Both the position numbers and the translations under genes were made by a program. A stretch of 64,000 nt of DNA from a virus. Its lineage: Duplodnaviria; Caudoviricetes. Position 1 is the first letter of the stretch; the number at the start of each line of letters is the position of its first letter. Positions 61,424 through 64,000 of the stretch are shown in pieces. The notes under the pieces are model-generated. The model worked only from the letters and a program-made list of their open reading frames with translations. It did not search any database and was not told the DNA's origin. The DNA is taken from positions 12,457-76,456 of the IMG/VR virus record IMGVR_UViG_3300030095_006531. One strand, 5' to 3'.

Positions 61424-62172
61424 TTTTTACCTGTAAGTGCTGTAGCTAGGGCAATTAGGGCATCTTCTTTTTCACCACCAGCGCCTGAATCAACAGACTT
61501 AATTGAGTCGATGGCAGATTCATCAACTTTCTTTTTTATTTTTATAGTTACTTTTTTTGTCTTTGTTTCTTCTTTTAATTCTTGCTCTTTCATTTTTCTT
61601 CCCACAACCTCATAGTCTTTTGCTAAATTTTCAATTTCACTATCAACTGCATCGTCAATGAGTTTCATCAAACGCTTTTCAAATTCTTGTTCATCCCTAA
61701 AGTTCATTGAGCCGATGCGCGTTTTTCTTATTTTTGCAACCAACTCTCTCTTCATTACATCTAGGCTTTTGCTTGGTGTCGCCTTTTTTTGTTTGGGAAT
61801 TCCACCAGAACCTAACTCAGAACCATAAAAATCAAATCTTGCTTCGTTTATTTTTTTTACACCTTTTTGGTTCATGATCGTAATTACAATTTCGCCATCT
61901 TTCTTTCGAGATTTTTCTTTCCGCCCTCGGTTTTTTGAAACTGGAACACATTTAACTTCATCACTTTCTATTCCATTTATATGATGCAGTTCCGTCCCTT
62001 CTGGGCATTCACCAAATTCCTTATCGTGTTTGCGTTTATCTCTTTTTCTTTTATTTCTTTCTTCTTGCTCTTTTGATCCGGGCTTGTTATATTCTTTTGA
62101 ATAGTCGCGTGGAGTTTCAGAATCTTTATTCCACTTGCGTTCACTCAATTCCTTTTTGACACGGATCTTCAT
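61420..62172 (-). CDS. Modular protein with a degenerate HNH-like segment
   Basis: RDYSKEY...CPEGTELHHING...VPVSKNRG. Confidence 0.45.
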   Translation of the reverse strand: MKIRVKKELSERKWNKDSETPRDYSKEYNKPGSKEQEERNKRKRDKRKHDKEFGECPEGTELHHINGIESDEVKCVPVSKNRGRKEKSRKKDGEIVITIMNQKGVKKINEARFDFYGSELGSGGIPKQKKATPSKSLDVMKRELVAKIRKTRIGSMNFRDEQEFEKRLMKLIDDAVDSEIENLAKDYEVVGRKMKEQELKEETKTKKVTIKIKKKVDESAIDSIKSVDSGAGGEKEDALIALATALTGKK

Positions 62173-62177
62173 GGTAT

Positions 62178-62185
62178 TAAATAGT
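62178..62185 (-). promoter_or_regulatory. Putative late promoter motif ACTATTTA
   Basis: 5 nt upstream of ATG 62172, no SD. Confidence 0.6.
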
Positions 62186-62187
62186 TG

Positions 62188-62658
62188 CTATGCAACAAGC
62201 TCTTCTAAGGCTTGCAACATTCCTTCTGCTGCTTCGATGCCAAATTTTTGAGCTATTATTTTCCAGTTCTCTCGAATTGCTGGCATGTGTTTTTTTAAAA
62301 AGTTCCCAACGACCCCTTTCTTGATTCTAACTTGCTTTCCAGCTTTTACATGCTTGTCTGCTTTAGACAATATAATACCCAGTTTTGTTCCTTTTCCAAC
62401 AACATCACCAAGTGCTGGGAGCATTGACATGGCGGATAAAGCCGCCATTAAATATTCACCCTTTTTAAGATAGAGTGCTGCGTTTGCAGCATCAAAAACT
62501 GCACCTGCGCCACCAGCCACATCACCAACAATGCCAGCGACATCTAAAACGCCATGGACCCAACCGGGCACCTCTTTTTCTTCTTTTTTCTTCTCATAAA
62601 CAACTTGGTCGATCTCTTCTAATACAATTTGTTCAAGTTGTGATTTTGTGATTTTCAT
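62188..62658 (-). CDS. MKITK-leader protein with a pre-toxin (PT-TG-like) module
   Basis: LDVAG...FDAANAALY...GEY..AALS..SMLP..GDVVGKG.K. Confidence 0.6.
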   Translation of the reverse strand: MKITKSQLEQIVLEEIDQVVYEKKKEEKEVPGWVHGVLDVAGIVGDVAGGAGAVFDAANAALYLKKGEYLMAALSAMSMLPALGDVVGKGTKLGIILSKADKHVKAGKQVRIKKGVVGNFLKKHMPAIRENWKIIAQKFGIEAAEGMLQALEELVA

Positions 62659-62671
62659 ATTCGTTATTCCT

Positions 62672-63163
62672 TTATCCTGATTTTACATCAGGTTCATAGC
62701 CTGATTTTCCACCAGGGCGAGCTTTTTCAACTTCCCTTTTACGCTTGATTCCCCAATCCAATGTTGCTCCACCTTCTTTTCTAGAGTCGGTACAGATTGC
62801 GGCTGCTGCGTCTTCGACCGTCTTTCCTTTAAATGGTTTGTAGCCATATTTTTTAAACGATTTTTTAACACTATTTATACAATCATGAAATACATCATCG
62901 GCAGTGCCTGGTTCTTGAGTTGGGTTAAAATGTTTCGGAGTTTCGACTTTTTCTTCTGATACTCTTTTAAAATATTGAACTTCTCTCTCTCGATTTTCAG
63001 CACCTTTTCTGGATGAATAACATCCAAGATTTCTTGCTTTACCTGTTTTGGGATTCTTTTTTTTGGAATAAAGACAATACTCGCCACCAGACTTTCTAAT
63101 GACCTCATCTATCTCTTCTTGGATAAATTCTAGAAGTATTGTCTTTGAGAGCTTCATTAGCAC
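62672..63163 (-). CDS. MKL-leader modular protein
   Basis: MKLSKTILLEFIQEEIDE, then a basic module and a Cys-flanked module. Confidence 0.6.
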   Translation of the reverse strand: MLMKLSKTILLEFIQEEIDEVIRKSGGEYCLYSKKKNPKTGKARNLGCYSSRKGAENREREVQYFKRVSEEKVETPKHFNPTQEPGTADDVFHDCINSVKKSFKKYGYKPFKGKTVEDAAAAICTDSRKEGGATLDWGIKRKREVEKARPGGKSGYEPDVKSG

Positions 63164-63600
63164 TTTACCTTACCAAATTTTGGACCTTTTTGTTTTGAGC
63201 GAATTGCAAAATTAATTTGTCTAACTTTTTTTTGCTCGGCATCTGTGCGTTTTTCTTTTTTCATTAATTTGTTTTTCATGGCACATAATTCTTCAGAGGA
63301 TTTACCAGAATATTCACCAGTTTGTTCAATTTCTGCATCTCCCTTCCACGCTTCAGACAACGACTCACCGCGCATATAATTCATTACTGAGGAAAGATAA
63401 TCATTCGCTTTAGTAATTTTCGACTCGACCCATTCTTCGAGGTCTGTGTCTTCTTGGATCATATCCCCAATCATTGTTGCCAACTCTGCTGTTCTTGCCA
63501 GTTGATTTTTTGCCATCGATCCTTCGCCATAGTCACCTTCTGATAGTGTGCTTAATTCTTCGTTTATAATCTTAAAAAGTTTTTGTTTAGTTATTTTCAT
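63157..63600 (-). CDS. MKITK-leader modular protein
   Basis: MKITKQKLFKIINEEL..LSE; EGSMAKNQL..EWVESKITKA.DYL module. Confidence 0.65.
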   Translation of the reverse strand: MKITKQKLFKIINEELSTLSEGDYGEGSMAKNQLARTAELATMIGDMIQEDTDLEEWVESKITKANDYLSSVMNYMRGESLSEAWKGDAEIEQTGEYSGKSSEELCAMKNKLMKKEKRTDAEQKKVRQINFAIRSKQKGPKFGKVKC

Positions 63601-64000
63601 TTGACTCTCCAATTACAGACATAATGTGTTCATGTACCTTGTTAGTAATCATCTCTTCACTTAGTTCTTTTTTATCTTTAAACAAAGATGCAAAATCGAA
63701 CTCACAAACAGTTTCCGCAACCGCCACATTAATACCTTCTAAAAAGGTTTCGCCAATACTTTCTCGGGCTGCGCCTGCAAACCAACTATCAGTTTTGATG
63801 CCCAGTATCTCCGGGATGCTTTCTGCAATTGTTTCGGTTACGCCTCCCGCAAGTTCGCTAGTTGCGGCAATACATTGTCGATCTCCACTCATTATGTTAG
63901 ACAAATCTTCAAGAGTTAAGTTGCCAAACATGTTTGTAATAATTTTTGAAAGAAGACCGCCACGTTCGATGCCCATAAAGCCCAAAACTTTCATTGCGAT
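63587..64000 (-). CDS. Hypothetical protein, truncated at the window edge
   Basis: Open frame running to the window end. Confidence 0.55.
   Translation of the reverse strand: MAMKVLGFMGIERGGLLSKIITNMFGNLTLEDLSNIMSGDRQCIAATSELAGGVTETIAESIPEILGIKTDSWFAGAARESIGETFLEGINVAVAETVCEFDFASLFKDKKELSEEMITNKVHEHIMSVIGESNENN

Noticed and set aside
1-64000. Stop-codon reassignment, as seen in some large phages
   Set aside because: Core genes are full length in code 11, and TAA, TAG and TGA all end genes.
1-64000. CRISPR array, tRNAs, diversity-generating retroelement (DGR), inteins or introns
   Set aside because: No repeat-spacer array, cloverleaf or reverse transcriptase was seen; DnaE, NrdJ, helicase, RecA and terminase have normal uninterrupted lengths.

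Overview
A 64-kb segment of a large lytic tailed dsDNA phage: a myovirus with T4-like virion genes, read in standard genetic code 11. Almost all genes are on the minus strand. From the right end leftwards the window holds: (i) small proteins sharing an N-terminal MK(I/L)TK..L..II.EE(L/I) leader, probably head-packaged cargo, plus a possible spanin-like pair; (ii) the head module (terminase, portal, prohead protease, ribosomal protein bS21, three paralogous small virion proteins, scaffold, major capsid); (iii) neck, sheath, tube, a tail chaperone pair with a candidate programmed frameshift, tape measure and baseplate; (iv) a replication/nucleotide block (family A polymerase domain, MazG-like, tubulin/FtsZ-like, SSB, RecA, HAD phosphomannomutase, 5'-3' exonuclease, helicase, NrdJ, GroES, ThyX, cupin, nucleotidyltransferase); (v) an inverted plus-strand island of two tail-fibre genes; (vi) DnaE, dUTPase, Dam, a stand-alone sigma region-4 protein, a repeat-bearing acidic protein, ClpP, amidase, GroEL, Hsp20 and a zeta-like kinase. 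Two promoter classes are visible: sigma70-type TTGACA-N17-TANNAT (several apparently leaderless) and a conserved ACTATTTA motif ahead of late genes. No tRNA, rRNA, CRISPR array, intein or integrase was recognised. All product calls come from motif recognition by eye, not from database searches.
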